Part shown: positions 26,998 through 37,036 of the stretch, piece by piece | Position numbering within the stretch: the first letter of the stretch is position 1 | Layout of the letters: the number at the start of each line of letters is the position of its first letter | Assembly: GCA_049513455.1 (NCBI GenBank) | Contig: JBEKWB010000015.1 | Span: 4,029-68,028, forward strand | Source of the DNA: Acidimicrobiales bacterium | Lineage (GTDB): Bacteria; Actinomycetota; Acidimicrobiia; Acidimicrobiales; RAAP-2 | Length of the DNA stretch: 64,000 bases | Reading direction: 5' to 3' | Position numbers and translations under genes: made by a program | Notes under the pieces: generated by a model | The model's database searches: none | Told to the model about the DNA's origin: nothing | Seen by the model: only the letters and a program-made list of their open reading frames with translations

Positions 26998-28245
26998 CTA
27001 GATCACGCCGTCAGCCTGGAGATCCTCGAATTCGGCGTCACTCAGGCCCACCATCTCACACCAGACTTCTCGATTGTGCTGTCCGAGGAGGGGAGCGCCC
27101 GACGGCACTGTTCCCGCGCCGTCAATGCGGGGGAACGGCGCCTGCTGCAGGTGCGGGCCCGCGATGGGGTCATCGACGGTCACGAAATCCCCCCGCTCCT
27201 TCATATGCGGATCAGTCAGAATCTCGCTGGCGTCGTAGGCTGTGGCGACCGGTACCCCCTTCGCAATACAGATGCGCTCGATTTCCGCGGCCGTCAGCGT
27301 GCTGGTCCAGGCGGCCACGATGTCGTTTATGCGGTCAGACCGGGCCGCCCTGAGCGCAAGCGTTGCCCACTCGGGGCTCGATGCCAGTTCTGGCTGGCCC
27401 ATGGCATCGCAGAGGCGCCGGAAGTTCGCGTCCGAACCAGCGACGATGCAGATATACCGGCCGTCGGCGGTCGGGTAATTGTCGACGGGTGCCGATGTGT
27501 CGAGCCGATTCCCCTGGCGTTGGCGCGTCCGCCCGAGTACGTCCTGTCCAGCCAGAGTCCACTCGAGGACCCGGAGGACCGCTGCGTAGAGGGGAGCGTC
27601 GATAACTGCACCATGACCGGGCGTCGAGTGCTCGGTGCCGGCGTCCCTGCGGTAGAGGGCGGCGAGCACCGCCTGAGCGGCGAAGACGCCGGTGAGATAG
27701 TCAGAGATCGTGATGCCGGGTCGCACGGGGGGGTGCTCGGGGAAGCCCGTAATGTTGAGGAGGCCGCCATAGGCGATACCCATCCGATCGAGCCCGGGAC
27801 GAGTCGAGTAGGGGCCATCCTGTCCGAAGACACTGATACGGGCCCAGACAAGGCGTGGGTCGCACTCAGCCGGGCCGATGTCCCATGCCTCCATCGTGCC
27901 GGGTCGGAAATTCTCACAGACAACATCGGCCGACGCCACGAGACGGCGGAACAGATCCTGTCCCTTCGCCTTGCGCAAATTGAGCGTGATGCTGCGGCGC
28001 CCTCGACCCTCGACGGCCCACCACAAGGAATAGGCGGATCCATCATCCGCCGTGACGAACGGACCGACCGTCCGCATGAAGTCACCGACGTTCGGGTCTT
28101 CGATCTTGATGACATCCGCCCCCATCTCACCCAGCAGGCCGGCGCAGAAGGGGGCGCTGATCCGCGTGCCGGCATCGATGACGCGGATGCCGGCCAGCGG
28201 AGCACTTTCAGGCACGTCCGTACTCCCTTCGCACCGGGACTCCAA
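26998..28245 (-). CDS. family III CoA-transferase (CaiB/BaiF/Frc type)
   Basis: 415-aa ORF with PLAGIRVIDAGTRISAPFCAGLLGEMGADVIKIEDP, the signature N-terminus of this family. Confidence 0.9.
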   Translation of the reverse strand: MESRCEGSTDVPESAPLAGIRVIDAGTRISAPFCAGLLGEMGADVIKIEDPNVGDFMRTVGPFVTADDGSAYSLWWAVEGRGRRSITLNLRKAKGQDLFRRLVASADVVCENFRPGTMEAWDIGPAECDPRLVWARISVFGQDGPYSTRPGLDRMGIAYGGLLNITGFPEHPPVRPGITISDYLTGVFAAQAVLAALYRRDAGTEHSTPGHGAVIDAPLYAAVLRVLEWTLAGQDVLGRTRQRQGNRLDTSAPVDNYPTADGRYICIVAGSDANFRRLCDAMGQPELASSPEWATLALRAARSDRINDIVAAWTSTLTAAEIERICIAKGVPVATAYDASEILTDPHMKERGDFVTVDDPIAGPHLQQAPFPRIDGAGTVPSGAPLLGQHNREVWCEMVGLSDAEFEDLQADGVI

Positions 28246-28263
28246 CCCTCTTCCGCAAGGCGG

Positions 28264-29649
28264 TTACAAGGAGTTCAGCTGCGCCACCTGCGCTGCGGAC
28301 AGCGGGACGACGTTCTTGGGGTTGCAGTTCCAGATGGACTGCGTGGGATCGGTGAGCTTCTTGTCGTAGACGATCCCCTTGGTCGTCAACTGGAGCATGG
28401 CGAAACACGGGGAAGGTTGTGGGTTCTCGTTGGAGAGCGTCAACTTGGCGATGGGTGCCTCTATGCCCCCGGCGTCCCAGCTCTTTGTGTCGGCGGCGTG
28501 GGTCAGCACGCAGCTCACCGTGAGGTTGCTGGCGCCGCAGGCCGAGGCCGCCTTGGCCCACAGCAGCCACGCCTCGGCCGATTCCTCGTCGTCGAAGTCG
28601 ATGGTGTCGCCCTTGGAGTATTTGTGCATGGTGGTGACCAGCTCTTCGGTCGAGGGGTTCTGCGAGGCCTGCGCGACGGGCCACCACTGCGTCTCGACGT
28701 AAACGGGGGGCAGGCTGGGGTTGGCCGCCACGGCCTGCTGCGTCTGGGTGTTGTCGAACTGGACTCCCAGCAAAACGAAGGCGGGGTGATACCCGGCAGT
28801 GGCCATCGCCTGGGCGAAGGGGGTGAAGTTACCGCTGTCGGCGGGCCACAGGGCCTGGACCCCCTTTTGCTGGTACTGCTCGACGTAGGGCGCCCAGTTC
28901 TCCACCGAAGTCGGGGGCTCGGGGAAGTCCACGACCTTCCAACCCTGTGCCTCGGCGCCGAACTCGTACTTTGTTTCGGACTGGAGGATGGAGGGGGAGT
29001 CTTCCGCACCCATGCCGGCTTCCTTGACCGCTTTCGGGTAGGCCTTGGCCAAAGCCCCGAACCATCCCGAGGAAATGGAGTCCACGTTGAGCCCGGTCGG
29101 GTCGACCTGGTCGGTGGCAAGATCGGAGGCGTTCGAGACGACGTAGCCGCTGAGATTTCCCAGCCCGCACTTCTCACGGATGGGCACGGACGGCTGGTCG
29201 AGGGCCATGCCACCACCGACGGCCATGAAGTCGCTCTGGCAGGCCGCCGTCGCTTGCTGCGCCGCGTTGAACAGCGCGGCGTCGCGGTTGTCGATCACGA
29301 TTTTGCGGCCGTTGATGCCCCCCGCCGCGTTGCACCAGTCCGCGAACGCGGTGGCCTGCTGGACGAATTCGATCTCGAGTCCGGGGACAATGGTGTTGGA
29401 GGCGTCGTTGAACACGGCGATGTTGATGGTCTTGTCGCCCACACCGCGCACCGAGGAGGCGCCGCCCGGACCCGGTTCGCAAATTTTGCCGACCCCGGGC
29501 CACACGCCGCTCGAACTCGACGCCGAGGTCGCCGCCGCAGCGGTCGTCGACGAGGCTGCGACATAGGTCCCGGCGATCATCATGGTCGCCAGGGCCAGCG
29601 GCAGTAGGGACTTTCGAAGCTGGATCAGCCCTTTGCAGAACATCCTCAT
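28264..29649 (-). CDS. secreted solute-binding protein, Leu/Ile/Val-type (PBP1) fold, 8 conserved Cys
   Basis: ATG at 29649 (MRMFCKGLIQLRKSLLPLALATMMIAGTYVAASS..) after AAGGGGGG, with a signal-like hydrophobic leader. About 78% identical to 41524-42927. The ORF-track 516-aa version is an upstream extension. Confidence 0.85.
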   Translation of the reverse strand: MRMFCKGLIQLRKSLLPLALATMMIAGTYVAASSTTAAAATSASSSSGVWPGVGKICEPGPGGASSVRGVGDKTINIAVFNDASNTIVPGLEIEFVQQATAFADWCNAAGGINGRKIVIDNRDAALFNAAQQATAACQSDFMAVGGGMALDQPSVPIREKCGLGNLSGYVVSNASDLATDQVDPTGLNVDSISSGWFGALAKAYPKAVKEAGMGAEDSPSILQSETKYEFGAEAQGWKVVDFPEPPTSVENWAPYVEQYQQKGVQALWPADSGNFTPFAQAMATAGYHPAFVLLGVQFDNTQTQQAVAANPSLPPVYVETQWWPVAQASQNPSTEELVTTMHKYSKGDTIDFDDEESAEAWLLWAKAASACGASNLTVSCVLTHAADTKSWDAGGIEAPIAKLTLSNENPQPSPCFAMLQLTTKGIVYDKKLTDPTQSIWNCNPKNVVPLSAAQVAQLNSL

Positions 29650-29720
29650 ACCCCCCTTTGTGATCGGATCGGTAACCCGGCCTGAGATCGGCTGCAGCAT
29701 CGTAGCTGACCGCGCCGCTA

Positions 29721-29734
29721 CTTGTCCGTACAGC
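29721..29734. promoter_or_regulatory. site of the recurrent palindrome: CTTGTCCGTACAGC (11/14 to CTTGTCCGGACAAG)
   Basis: About 72 nt upstream of the SBP start. Contains the exact 10-mer TGTCCGTACA, also present at 39225-39234 and 39315-39324 and as its reverse complement at 34330-34339. Confidence 0.5.
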
Positions 29735-29814
29735 GGAACCTCGTCCCTGTTGCCTTCCCGTGCTCGCGCGCTCGTGCGGTCGTGGGATCGGTCGATGGTT
29801 CGCTCCTCAGTCAC

Positions 29815-30828
29815 TCATGCCGCCGACGGCGAGAGACCGGCCATAGCCTCACCGAGGTCGACACCGGTCGGGATGACCGCGAGGAGGGCCGGGATCGTGA
29901 CGCCGTTTTCCATGTAAGGCCTTATCTTGGCGCGGCAGTCGGCGTACGAGCCGTGGACGACCAGGTCGTCGACCACCTCGTCGGGGATGGCGGCCAGCGC
30001 CCCCTTGCGATCGCCGGCGGCCCAGGCGTCCCACATGGGCTGGAGCGCCGGACCCCGCCCGAGCCAGCGGTGGAACTCGGCGTAGGCGGGGACGTTCAAG
30101 TAGGTGGTGATCAGCCGGCGGCCCACCGTCCGGGCCAGCTCGGCGTCGTCGGAGGGCACCACGAAGATCCGGGCGACGACTTCGTGTCCCGACCCGCCCG
30201 CCTTCTCGACCTCGGCCACCGACTGGCGGACGTCTTCGGCACTGAGCCAGTTGAGGATCACGCCGTCGGCCTCCTTGCCCGCGAGGTGGAGCATTCCTGG
30301 TCGGAGAGCGGCCAGGTAGATGTCGGGTTGCTGTTCGGGCACGCGCGCAAGGCGGAAGCCGGTGACCGAGAACCCCTCGTAGGTCCCCGTCACTTTCTCC
30401 CCGGTGAGCGCCTGGCGCAAGAACCGCAGGGTGTCGCGCACCCGGCGGTAAGGATTCTCGAAGACGAGGCCGTTCCAGTTGGCCACTATGACTTCGGAGG
30501 AGGTACCGAGCCCGAAGGCGAACCGTCCCGGTGCGGCATCGGCGAGAGAGGCGACGCTCTGGGCCAGCAGGGCCGGACCACGCGTGTACGCGGGGGTGAT
30601 GGCGACACCGAGTTGCAGCGAGGGCTCCCAGGCGGCGGCGAGGGCCAGGGGCGTGAAGCCGTCGGCGCCGTCGACTTCCGCCGACCACAGGTCGGTGTAA
30701 CCCAGCTGGCGAAGGCGGGCGAACCATTCCTTGTGCGCGTGGAGCGGGATGTCGTCGAACGGGATCGTGATGCCGTAACGAGATCCCTTGGTCCAAGAGC
30801 CTGCGCTCGTCCCGGTGTTCTCGTTCAT
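29815..30828 (-). CDS. LLM-class (luciferase-like) F420/flavin-dependent oxidoreductase
   Basis: 337-aa ORF with GYTDLWSAEVDGADGFTPLA and RFAFGLGTSS, typical of the LLM family. Confidence 0.85.
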   Translation of the reverse strand: MNENTGTSAGSWTKGSRYGITIPFDDIPLHAHKEWFARLRQLGYTDLWSAEVDGADGFTPLALAAAWEPSLQLGVAITPAYTRGPALLAQSVASLADAAPGRFAFGLGTSSEVIVANWNGLVFENPYRRVRDTLRFLRQALTGEKVTGTYEGFSVTGFRLARVPEQQPDIYLAALRPGMLHLAGKEADGVILNWLSAEDVRQSVAEVEKAGGSGHEVVARIFVVPSDDAELARTVGRRLITTYLNVPAYAEFHRWLGRGPALQPMWDAWAAGDRKGALAAIPDEVVDDLVVHGSYADCRAKIRPYMENGVTIPALLAVIPTGVDLGEAMAGLSPSAA

Positions 30829-30886
30829 ACCTCGAACCTCGTCTGGTCGGTCATTGCGGCACCTGTCAGCATGTCGTTTCTCCCTC

Positions 30887-31702
30887 CTAGGACCCGTGGA
30901 CGGCGCTCAGGTCGTCGCCGGCCATCGATCCGCCATCCACCACGAACTCCTGGGCGGTGCAGTAGGAGGAGTCGTCCGAGGCCAGGAACAGGGCCATGCG
31001 GGCGATCTCCATGGGCCGGGCCATCCGGGCGATCGGTTGTCCCGCACATAACAGGTCGGCCGCTGCGGCGGCGGGATAGGAGTCGACCTCGCCGCGGGCC
31101 GGGGGTACGTCGTACTCATGCCCCACCATGCCTCCCAGGGGAGTTATGACCGAACCCGGATGCAACGAATTGACCCGCACCCCGCGCGGTCCGAGCTCGA
31201 TGGCGGCCGATTTGGTCAGGCCCCGTACGCCCCACTTGGAAGCGACATAGCCTCCGATCATCGACATGCCCTTCATTCCACCGGTGGAGGAGACGTTGAC
31301 GATCGATCCCCGGCCTGCGTCGGCCATGGCCCGGCCGATGATCTTCATGCCGAGGAACGGCCCGACCAGGTTGATGGCGAGCACCCGTTCGAAATCGGCC
31401 AGTTCCATGTCGATGATGGGTGCCACGTGCAGGATGCCTGCGTTGTTGATCAGTACATCGGGGACGCCGAAAGCGGAGACCGTTTCGTCGAGGAGATGTC
31501 GCCAGGCCGATTCGTCGCGGACATCGGTGTGCACGAAACGACCCGACGGGCCCAAGGAGTCGGCAACCTCCTGCCCCTCTGCGTCGAGAAGGTCGGCAAT
31601 CACCACCCGAGCGCCTTCGTCGGCGAGCAACTTTGCTTCTGCCTTGCCCATGCCGCGGGCTGCCCCGGTGACAATGGCGACCCGTCCGTCCACTCGACCC
31701 AC
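30887..31702 (-). CDS. SDR family oxidoreductase (3-alpha/20-beta-hydroxysteroid dehydrogenase-like)
   Basis: In-frame GTG at 31702 after GGAGGGGG. VGRVDGRVAIVTGAARGMGKAEAKLLADEGARVVIADL, YVASKWG. The ORF-track 317-aa version is an upstream extension. Confidence 0.9.
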   Translation of the reverse strand: MGRVDGRVAIVTGAARGMGKAEAKLLADEGARVVIADLLDAEGQEVADSLGPSGRFVHTDVRDESAWRHLLDETVSAFGVPDVLINNAGILHVAPIIDMELADFERVLAINLVGPFLGMKIIGRAMADAGRGSIVNVSSTGGMKGMSMIGGYVASKWGVRGLTKSAAIELGPRGVRVNSLHPGSVITPLGGMVGHEYDVPPARGEVDSYPAAAAADLLCAGQPIARMARPMEIARMALFLASDDSSYCTAQEFVVDGGSMAGDDLSAVHGS

Positions 31703-31869
31703 GTCTGCCCCCTCCGACCTTACGCCCGGGTGGGCTCTCGCCACCCGAAGCAATATGAATGGATGTTTACCGAATGAATATCTACCACGACGTCGACGAC
31801 GCTTCAATGTCTCCGTTCCGGGTGCGTCCGTCATCACCACTCAGGGGCTCGTACCCCGAAGTGGGGGTG

Positions 31870-33084
31870 TCACGCGACGATGCCGCCGTCGACGAGCGCC
31901 TCCCAGCCCTCGTTGGTCACGCCGAGGAGTGATTGGAGGATGTCGCGGGTGTCGTGACCGAAGTCCGGTGCCGGTCCGATAGGTCGCTCACCGACACCGT
32001 CGACCGCAATCCGCCATGGCAGCTTCGGAAGGATCGCCGGGCCGAGCTCGGTGTGGGTCACCTCCCCCAAGAAGTCGTCGGCGACCAGCTGCTGATCGGC
32101 CAGCAGGTCCTCGGCCGTGCGCACCGGCGCGGCCGCCACGCCGACCCCTTGCAGCGCCGAGGCCAGTTCGCCCGCATCGTGCCCGGGCGTCACGCTCGCG
32201 ATCGCCTCGTCGAGTGCCGTCCGGTTCTGCCACCGCAGCTCGAGCGACGCAAACCGTGGATCGTCGGCCAGTCCAGCCAGCTCGAGCACATCGAGCAGCG
32301 CCAGCCACTGCTCGTCGTCGAATGTCGCAACTGCCACCCAGCGATCGTTCCCGGCGCAGGGGTAGCAACCGTGCGGCGCCGCGCCGGGCTCATCATTGGC
32401 CCGCCGGGGCACGGCTTCGTCGTACAGCGCGGCATGAATTACCGGCTCGGGAGCGACTGCGATCATCGCCTCCAACATGGCGGTGTCGATGAATTCACCG
32501 TGACCGGTCTCTTCGCGTCGGTGCAGTGCTCCAAGGATGGACAGCACCGCGACCTGACCCCCGATGACGTCGGCATAGGTTCCGAAGAGCTGCTCCGGTG
32601 GCCCGTCGCGATATCCCGTCGCCGCGCTCAAGCCGCTGAAGGCATGGATGTTGGGGCCCAGCGCCTGAAAGGCTGCGAAATCACCCACGTACCCATAACC
32701 GGTGATCACCGCCATGACGATCCTCGGGTTGATCGCGCTCAGCGCCGCGTAGTCGAGGCCGAACTGTTCGAGCACGCCGGGGCGAAAATTGGCGACGACC
32801 ACGTCGCTGGCGGCGACCAGGTCGCGGCACAACTGCTGGCCCTCGGGCGTGGCGATGTCGAGGCAGCAGCTTCGTTTCATCAGGTTCGTGGCGGCGAAGA
32901 CCGCGCTGTTGTTCAACGTGGGTTCGAGGTTCGCCTTCAATTGCGACAGGCGGAAGGCGTCCGGCCGTGCCGGCGACTCGATCTTGATGACCTCGGCCCC
33001 CAGGCTGCCGAGCCACATGGTGCAGTGAGGTCCCGAGACGAAGTGGGTGAAATCGATGACCCGCACACCCTCGAGTGGTAACAC
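31870..33084 (-). CDS. family III CoA-transferase
   Basis: In-frame GTG at 33084 after GAGGAG. VLPLEGVRVIDFTHFVSGPHCTMWLGSLGAEVIKIESP. The start lies 13 nt downstream of the stop of the preceding transferase gene. Confidence 0.85.
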   Translation of the reverse strand: MLPLEGVRVIDFTHFVSGPHCTMWLGSLGAEVIKIESPARPDAFRLSQLKANLEPTLNNSAVFAATNLMKRSCCLDIATPEGQQLCRDLVAASDVVVANFRPGVLEQFGLDYAALSAINPRIVMAVITGYGYVGDFAAFQALGPNIHAFSGLSAATGYRDGPPEQLFGTYADVIGGQVAVLSILGALHRREETGHGEFIDTAMLEAMIAVAPEPVIHAALYDEAVPRRANDEPGAAPHGCYPCAGNDRWVAVATFDDEQWLALLDVLELAGLADDPRFASLELRWQNRTALDEAIASVTPGHDAGELASALQGVGVAAAPVRTAEDLLADQQLVADDFLGEVTHTELGPAILPKLPWRIAVDGVGERPIGPAPDFGHDTRDILQSLLGVTNEGWEALVDGGIVA

Positions 33085-33097
33085 GGACCCCAGCTCC

Positions 33098-34237
33098 TCA
33101 GTTCGACTCGGCCGGCCGCGCCGGGTACGCACGGCGGCTCGGCAACCCGGGCATGGAAGTCGTCCTCCCGTCCACCTGCACCGGTTGCCAAAATCCCCGG
33201 GCCCCGAGGACGCCCACCGCCAGCACGTCGCCACCCTCGTTCACCGGTGCGCACGGGATCCGCCAGCCTTGGCACAGGTAGAGCAGATGTTCCTTTTCGA
33301 ACTCGGCCGCCCACTCCTCCAGCCGCGGCACGATCTTGACCCAATTGCGATACCGCAGCGCCGGTGTGGCCAGGTCCTGGTCCTCCATCCATTCCGGATG
33401 GTCGAGCAGTCCCTTCAGCGAGTCCCACTGCTGCACGCCTCCCCACGCGAGGTTGAAATAGCCGTCCTTGCACTTGAGGTTGCGATGGTCGACCATGCCG
33501 CCGGCCCCCCGGCCGAACGCGAGATCGCGCCCCATGCCGCCGCCGTAGTAGGCGAAGGTGCCGAGACTCTGCCGGTAACTGTTGACCAGGGCTTCGTGGC
33601 AGCTCACGTCGACGGTGACGACGGCAGACGCCGGGTGACGGTCGCGCGCCAAGACGGCGGCACACACGTTGATGGCAGCGACGAGACCACCCACGAAGGA
33701 TCCCTGGTGGCTGCCCAGCCGCAGCGGCGCCATCGTGCGGGGATCAGCCACCAACCCCGGCACGGCATGGCCGGGACCGGCTCCATGGAAGAGGGTGAGA
33801 TCCGAGGCCAGGTCGTCGCGCCGCGGGCCGCCGCGGCCGTGCGGCGTGACCGATGCCACAATCGGAACCGGGTGATCGCCGACTGAGGTGACATCGATTC
33901 CGGCGGTGGCCAGCAACGGCTCGCGGAAGTCTTCTACCACCACGTCGACGCCGGATACCAACTCCGCCAGCGCGGCGCGACCGGCGGGCCCCGACAGGTC
34001 GATGGGCCGCCTCTCTTTTGCGCGGCCCAGGTAGTCGCGGTAGATCTCGGAGTCACTCAGCCGTGCGTCGAGAAACGCCGATGCCGCGCCATCAGGTCCA
34101 TCCACGATCTCCACGCGTACGACGTCGGCCCCCATCCGCTCCAGAGTGGCGGCGCAGAACGCGGCGCTCAGCGACTGCGAACAGTCGAGCACCTTTACCC
34201 CCACGAGGGAACCGTCGGTCGCGGGCACAGTCGCCAT
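33098..34237 (-). CDS. family III CoA-transferase
   Basis: In-frame ATG at 34237. MATVPATDGSLVGVKVLDCSQSLSAAFCAATLERMGADVVRVE. Confidence 0.85.
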   Translation of the reverse strand: MATVPATDGSLVGVKVLDCSQSLSAAFCAATLERMGADVVRVEIVDGPDGAASAFLDARLSDSEIYRDYLGRAKERRPIDLSGPAGRAALAELVSGVDVVVEDFREPLLATAGIDVTSVGDHPVPIVASVTPHGRGGPRRDDLASDLTLFHGAGPGHAVPGLVADPRTMAPLRLGSHQGSFVGGLVAAINVCAAVLARDRHPASAVVTVDVSCHEALVNSYRQSLGTFAYYGGGMGRDLAFGRGAGGMVDHRNLKCKDGYFNLAWGGVQQWDSLKGLLDHPEWMEDQDLATPALRYRNWVKIVPRLEEWAAEFEKEHLLYLCQGWRIPCAPVNEGGDVLAVGVLGARGFWQPVQVDGRTTSMPGLPSRRAYPARPAESN

Positions 34238-34327
34238 TGCGGCACGACACTGCCACGGCGCACCTCGTGTCCGCAATCGACGACGCGCGTTCTTGCGCCT
34301 GGCCGGCCTGCCCTCCTATGGTGCAGT

Positions 34328-34341
34328 CTTGTACGGACAAC
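34328..34341. promoter_or_regulatory. site of the recurrent palindrome: CTTGTACGGACAAC (12/14)
   Basis: In the divergent region between the CoA-transferase operon (minus) and the VOC-like/SDR/SDR operon (plus). Confidence 0.55.
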
Positions 34342-34395
34342 TGTGAGCCGGTCGGATGGACGGCTCGACCCGCGGAGCGCACGCAGGGGGTGCAG

Positions 34396-35418
34396 ATGGC
34401 GAAATGGTTCGATCGATACTACGGCCCCGACCTCGTGGTCGGCGGGCCGGAGTCCGCCCAACGGACCCTGGAGGAGAAGCTCGGCATTCCCGCAGGCCAG
34501 AGCATGCGGATGACCATACATGGCGTCGGTTTGACGGTGGCGTACCTGGCCGTGAACGAGGACGAGTCGCTCAGCTCCTCGTGCATTCAGCTGATGGGGA
34601 TCAAGCCGCTGGCGCACGACGAACCGCAGGGCGAAATCGGCCGCGACGTACGCAACATGCTGCTCGCCTACATCACGGCGCAGCGAATGGATCGCCCCAT
34701 CGTCACCCACGTGCAGGCGCTGTCGGCTCCGACCGAGGACGACATCGGCGCGATCACCGAAATGCTCAAGTCGCGCGGCGTCCCTCACCTGTGCCGCATG
34801 AAGAATGTCTACATCGGGCTCGTCCAGGAGGACAATGGCCGGATCCACTATGACCCGAGCGCCGATGCCGGCACATACCTCGAATGGGCGCCGACCGTGC
34901 AGACCGACTTTCCCGGCTTCGTCCTGCCCACGTACTTGCCGGAGAACCCAGAGGTGGCGGAGGTGGCGCCGGGATCCATGGTCGGGGTCATCGCCCGGAC
35001 CCAGATCGTACACAGCGCCCAGGCGGTGATCGATCGATTCCAGTGGATGCTCGACTGGCCCGAGGACGGTGACATCGAGTACGTCAAGGGTGACGGGCAG
35101 CGATCCATCGTGATCAAGCCGATCAACGGGCTTAGCGCGGTCTGGGAGTTTGTGGAGCCGACCCGTCCCGACAGCCGGGCCGGCCAGGTTCTCGAGCGCT
35201 ACGGCGAAGGTCCGTGGACGATCCGCATCGGAGTGCACGGGCTGGACGCCAAGCTCGGCGACCTCGAGTCGCGCGGGACACGGTGGAGCGAAATCGGCGA
35301 GGGGCCCAAGGGGGCACGTCGGGTGGCGGTCAACCGTTGGGACCTCCGCGGCATCCCGATCGAACTCGAGGAGGTGCCAGTCGTCTACCGGGGCATCAGC
35401 CAGGGACGGACGGCCTGA
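34396..35418 (+). CDS. hypothetical protein, possibly VOC/glyoxalase-fold in the C-terminal part
   Basis: In-frame ATG at 34396 (MAKWFDRYYGPDLVVGG..). The C-terminal WEFVEPTRPDSRAGQVLERYGEGPWTIRIGV resembles glyoxalase-like domains. The ORF-track 466-aa version extends upstream into the divergent promoter. Confidence 0.5.
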   Translation: MAKWFDRYYGPDLVVGGPESAQRTLEEKLGIPAGQSMRMTIHGVGLTVAYLAVNEDESLSSSCIQLMGIKPLAHDEPQGEIGRDVRNMLLAYITAQRMDRPIVTHVQALSAPTEDDIGAITEMLKSRGVPHLCRMKNVYIGLVQEDNGRIHYDPSADAGTYLEWAPTVQTDFPGFVLPTYLPENPEVAEVAPGSMVGVIARTQIVHSAQAVIDRFQWMLDWPEDGDIEYVKGDGQRSIVIKPINGLSAVWEFVEPTRPDSRAGQVLERYGEGPWTIRIGVHGLDAKLGDLESRGTRWSEIGEGPKGARRVAVNRWDLRGIPIELEEVPVVYRGISQGRTA

Positions 35419-35420
35419 CC

Positions 35421-36206
35421 ATGGCGGGTGATCCCTTCGACCTCACCGGCCGGCGCGCGCTGGTGACCGGGGCCGCGAGCGGCATCGGTCGTCAGACCGC
35501 AATCCGCTTCGCGGGTGCTGGTGCCGAGGTGGTCTGTGTCGACGTCGACGGGGCCGGCGCCCAGGTGACGGCACAAATGATCGAGTCGGCCGGAGGCCGG
35601 GCGACTGCGGTCGCACTCGACGTATCCGACCGGAACCGAGTCTTCGAGGTGATCGCTGGCGCCCCCCCGCTGCACATCCTGTGCAACGTGGCCGGGATTC
35701 TCCGGCACGCCGTCGCCGCCGAGTTGACCGAGACCGACCTCGACGGAGTCCTGGCCATAAACCTCAAGGGGACGTTGTTCTGTGCCCAGGCCGCCTACGA
35801 AGGGATGCGGAAGACCGGCAACGCCAGTGTGATCAATCTCGCGTCGGCGGCGATCGATGTCATCGCGCCGGGCCTCGGCGCCTATGCGATGTCGAAGGCC
35901 GCCATCACCCAGTTGACGCGGACGCTGGCCACCGAGTGGGCCCCTGACGGTATCCGGGTCAACGCGGTCGCCCCGGGCTTTGTCGACACCGCCATGACCA
36001 CGCACTCCTACCGCGATGCAAGTGGTCGGATCGACGAGGCGGGCCGGGCGGACTATCTCGCCAAAATGCGCGACTTCACGCCGCTCGGCATCGCCGCCGA
36101 GGCTGACGACATCGCAACGACGATCTGGTTCCTGGCGGCGGATGCCAGCCGCTACATGACCGGGCAGATCCTGCGCCCCAATGGCGGTATCGCCATGCCC
36201 TGGTGA
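35421..36206 (+). CDS. SDR family oxidoreductase
   Basis: In-frame ATG at 35421. MAGDPFDLTGRRALVTGAASGIGRQTA, YAMSKAA, VNAVAPG. Confidence 0.9.
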   Translation: MAGDPFDLTGRRALVTGAASGIGRQTAIRFAGAGAEVVCVDVDGAGAQVTAQMIESAGGRATAVALDVSDRNRVFEVIAGAPPLHILCNVAGILRHAVAAELTETDLDGVLAINLKGTLFCAQAAYEGMRKTGNASVINLASAAIDVIAPGLGAYAMSKAAITQLTRTLATEWAPDGIRVNAVAPGFVDTAMTTHSYRDASGRIDEAGRADYLAKMRDFTPLGIAAEADDIATTIWFLAADASRYMTGQILRPNGGIAMPW

Positions 36207-36251
36207 CCACCGTAGTGCCGTCGTGATACAGGCCCCGAACAGGGAGAATCG

Positions 36252-37025
36252 ATGAACGGATTGCAGGGCAAGGTCGGCCTCGTCGTCGGGGGGGCCAGCG
36301 GGGTCGGTCGGGCGACCTCTATTCGGTTGGCCGAGGAGGGCGCCAAGGTCGTTGTCGGCGACATCAACGAGCCCGGAGCGGAGGCCGTGGCCAACGAGAT
36401 CCGGGCCGCCGGCGGGGACGCCGAGTCGTGCCGGGTCGACCTGCGCCGGGAGGACGACGTCAAAGCGCTCGTTGCCTTTACGATCGAGAAATTCGGCCGG
36501 GTCGATCTTCTGCACAACGTCGCTTACAACCCGGTGCATGTCACCACGAAGGATTTCGACATCACCACCACGGAGCTCGACGACTACGACGAGATGCACG
36601 CGGTGACCCTGCGCGGCTACGTCCTCACCTGTCGCGAGGTCATCCCGCACATGGTGGCACAGGGTGGCGGCGCCATCGTCAACACCTCCTCGCTCGCCGC
36701 CCTCCGCTCCCTACCGACCGGCTTGCGGTTCTCGTACTCGATTGCGAAGAGCGGTCTCGGTCCGCTGTCGCAGCACATCGCCGTTCGCTACGGCAAGCAG
36801 GGTGTGCGCGCCAACACGGCCGCTCTCGGCATGGTCGTCTCGGAGAGCTTCAAGGCGACAATGAGCCCGGACCGGGTCCAGACGTCCGCCGACTCGGTCC
36901 TCGTGCCCAATCCGGGAGTGCCCGAGGACATCGCGGCGGCGATCGTGTTCCTCTTGTCCGACGATGCCCGCTATATCACTGGACAGACGATCAATATCGA
37001 CGGCGGTTCATCGGCCCGGCTCTGA
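36252..37025 (+). CDS. SDR family oxidoreductase, paralog of 48219-48992
   Basis: 257-aa ORF. MNGLQGKVGLVVGGASGVGRATSIRLAEEGAKVVVGDIN, YSIAKSG. Confidence 0.9.
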   Translation: MNGLQGKVGLVVGGASGVGRATSIRLAEEGAKVVVGDINEPGAEAVANEIRAAGGDAESCRVDLRREDDVKALVAFTIEKFGRVDLLHNVAYNPVHVTTKDFDITTTELDDYDEMHAVTLRGYVLTCREVIPHMVAQGGGAIVNTSSLAALRSLPTGLRFSYSIAKSGLGPLSQHIAVRYGKQGVRANTAALGMVVSESFKATMSPDRVQTSADSVLVPNPGVPEDIAAAIVFLLSDDARYITGQTINIDGGSSARL

Positions 37026-37036
37026 TCCGGCTTGCC

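Noticed and set aside
27076-29607. 843-aa ORF on the plus strand, the longest in the track
   Set aside because: It is entirely antisense to two well-supported minus-strand genes (CoA-transferase 26998-28245 and SBP 28264-29649). Its composition is Arg/Gly/Pro/Asp-rich and low in complexity, with no recognisable motif. This is the typical stop-codon-poor antisense frame of high-GC DNA.
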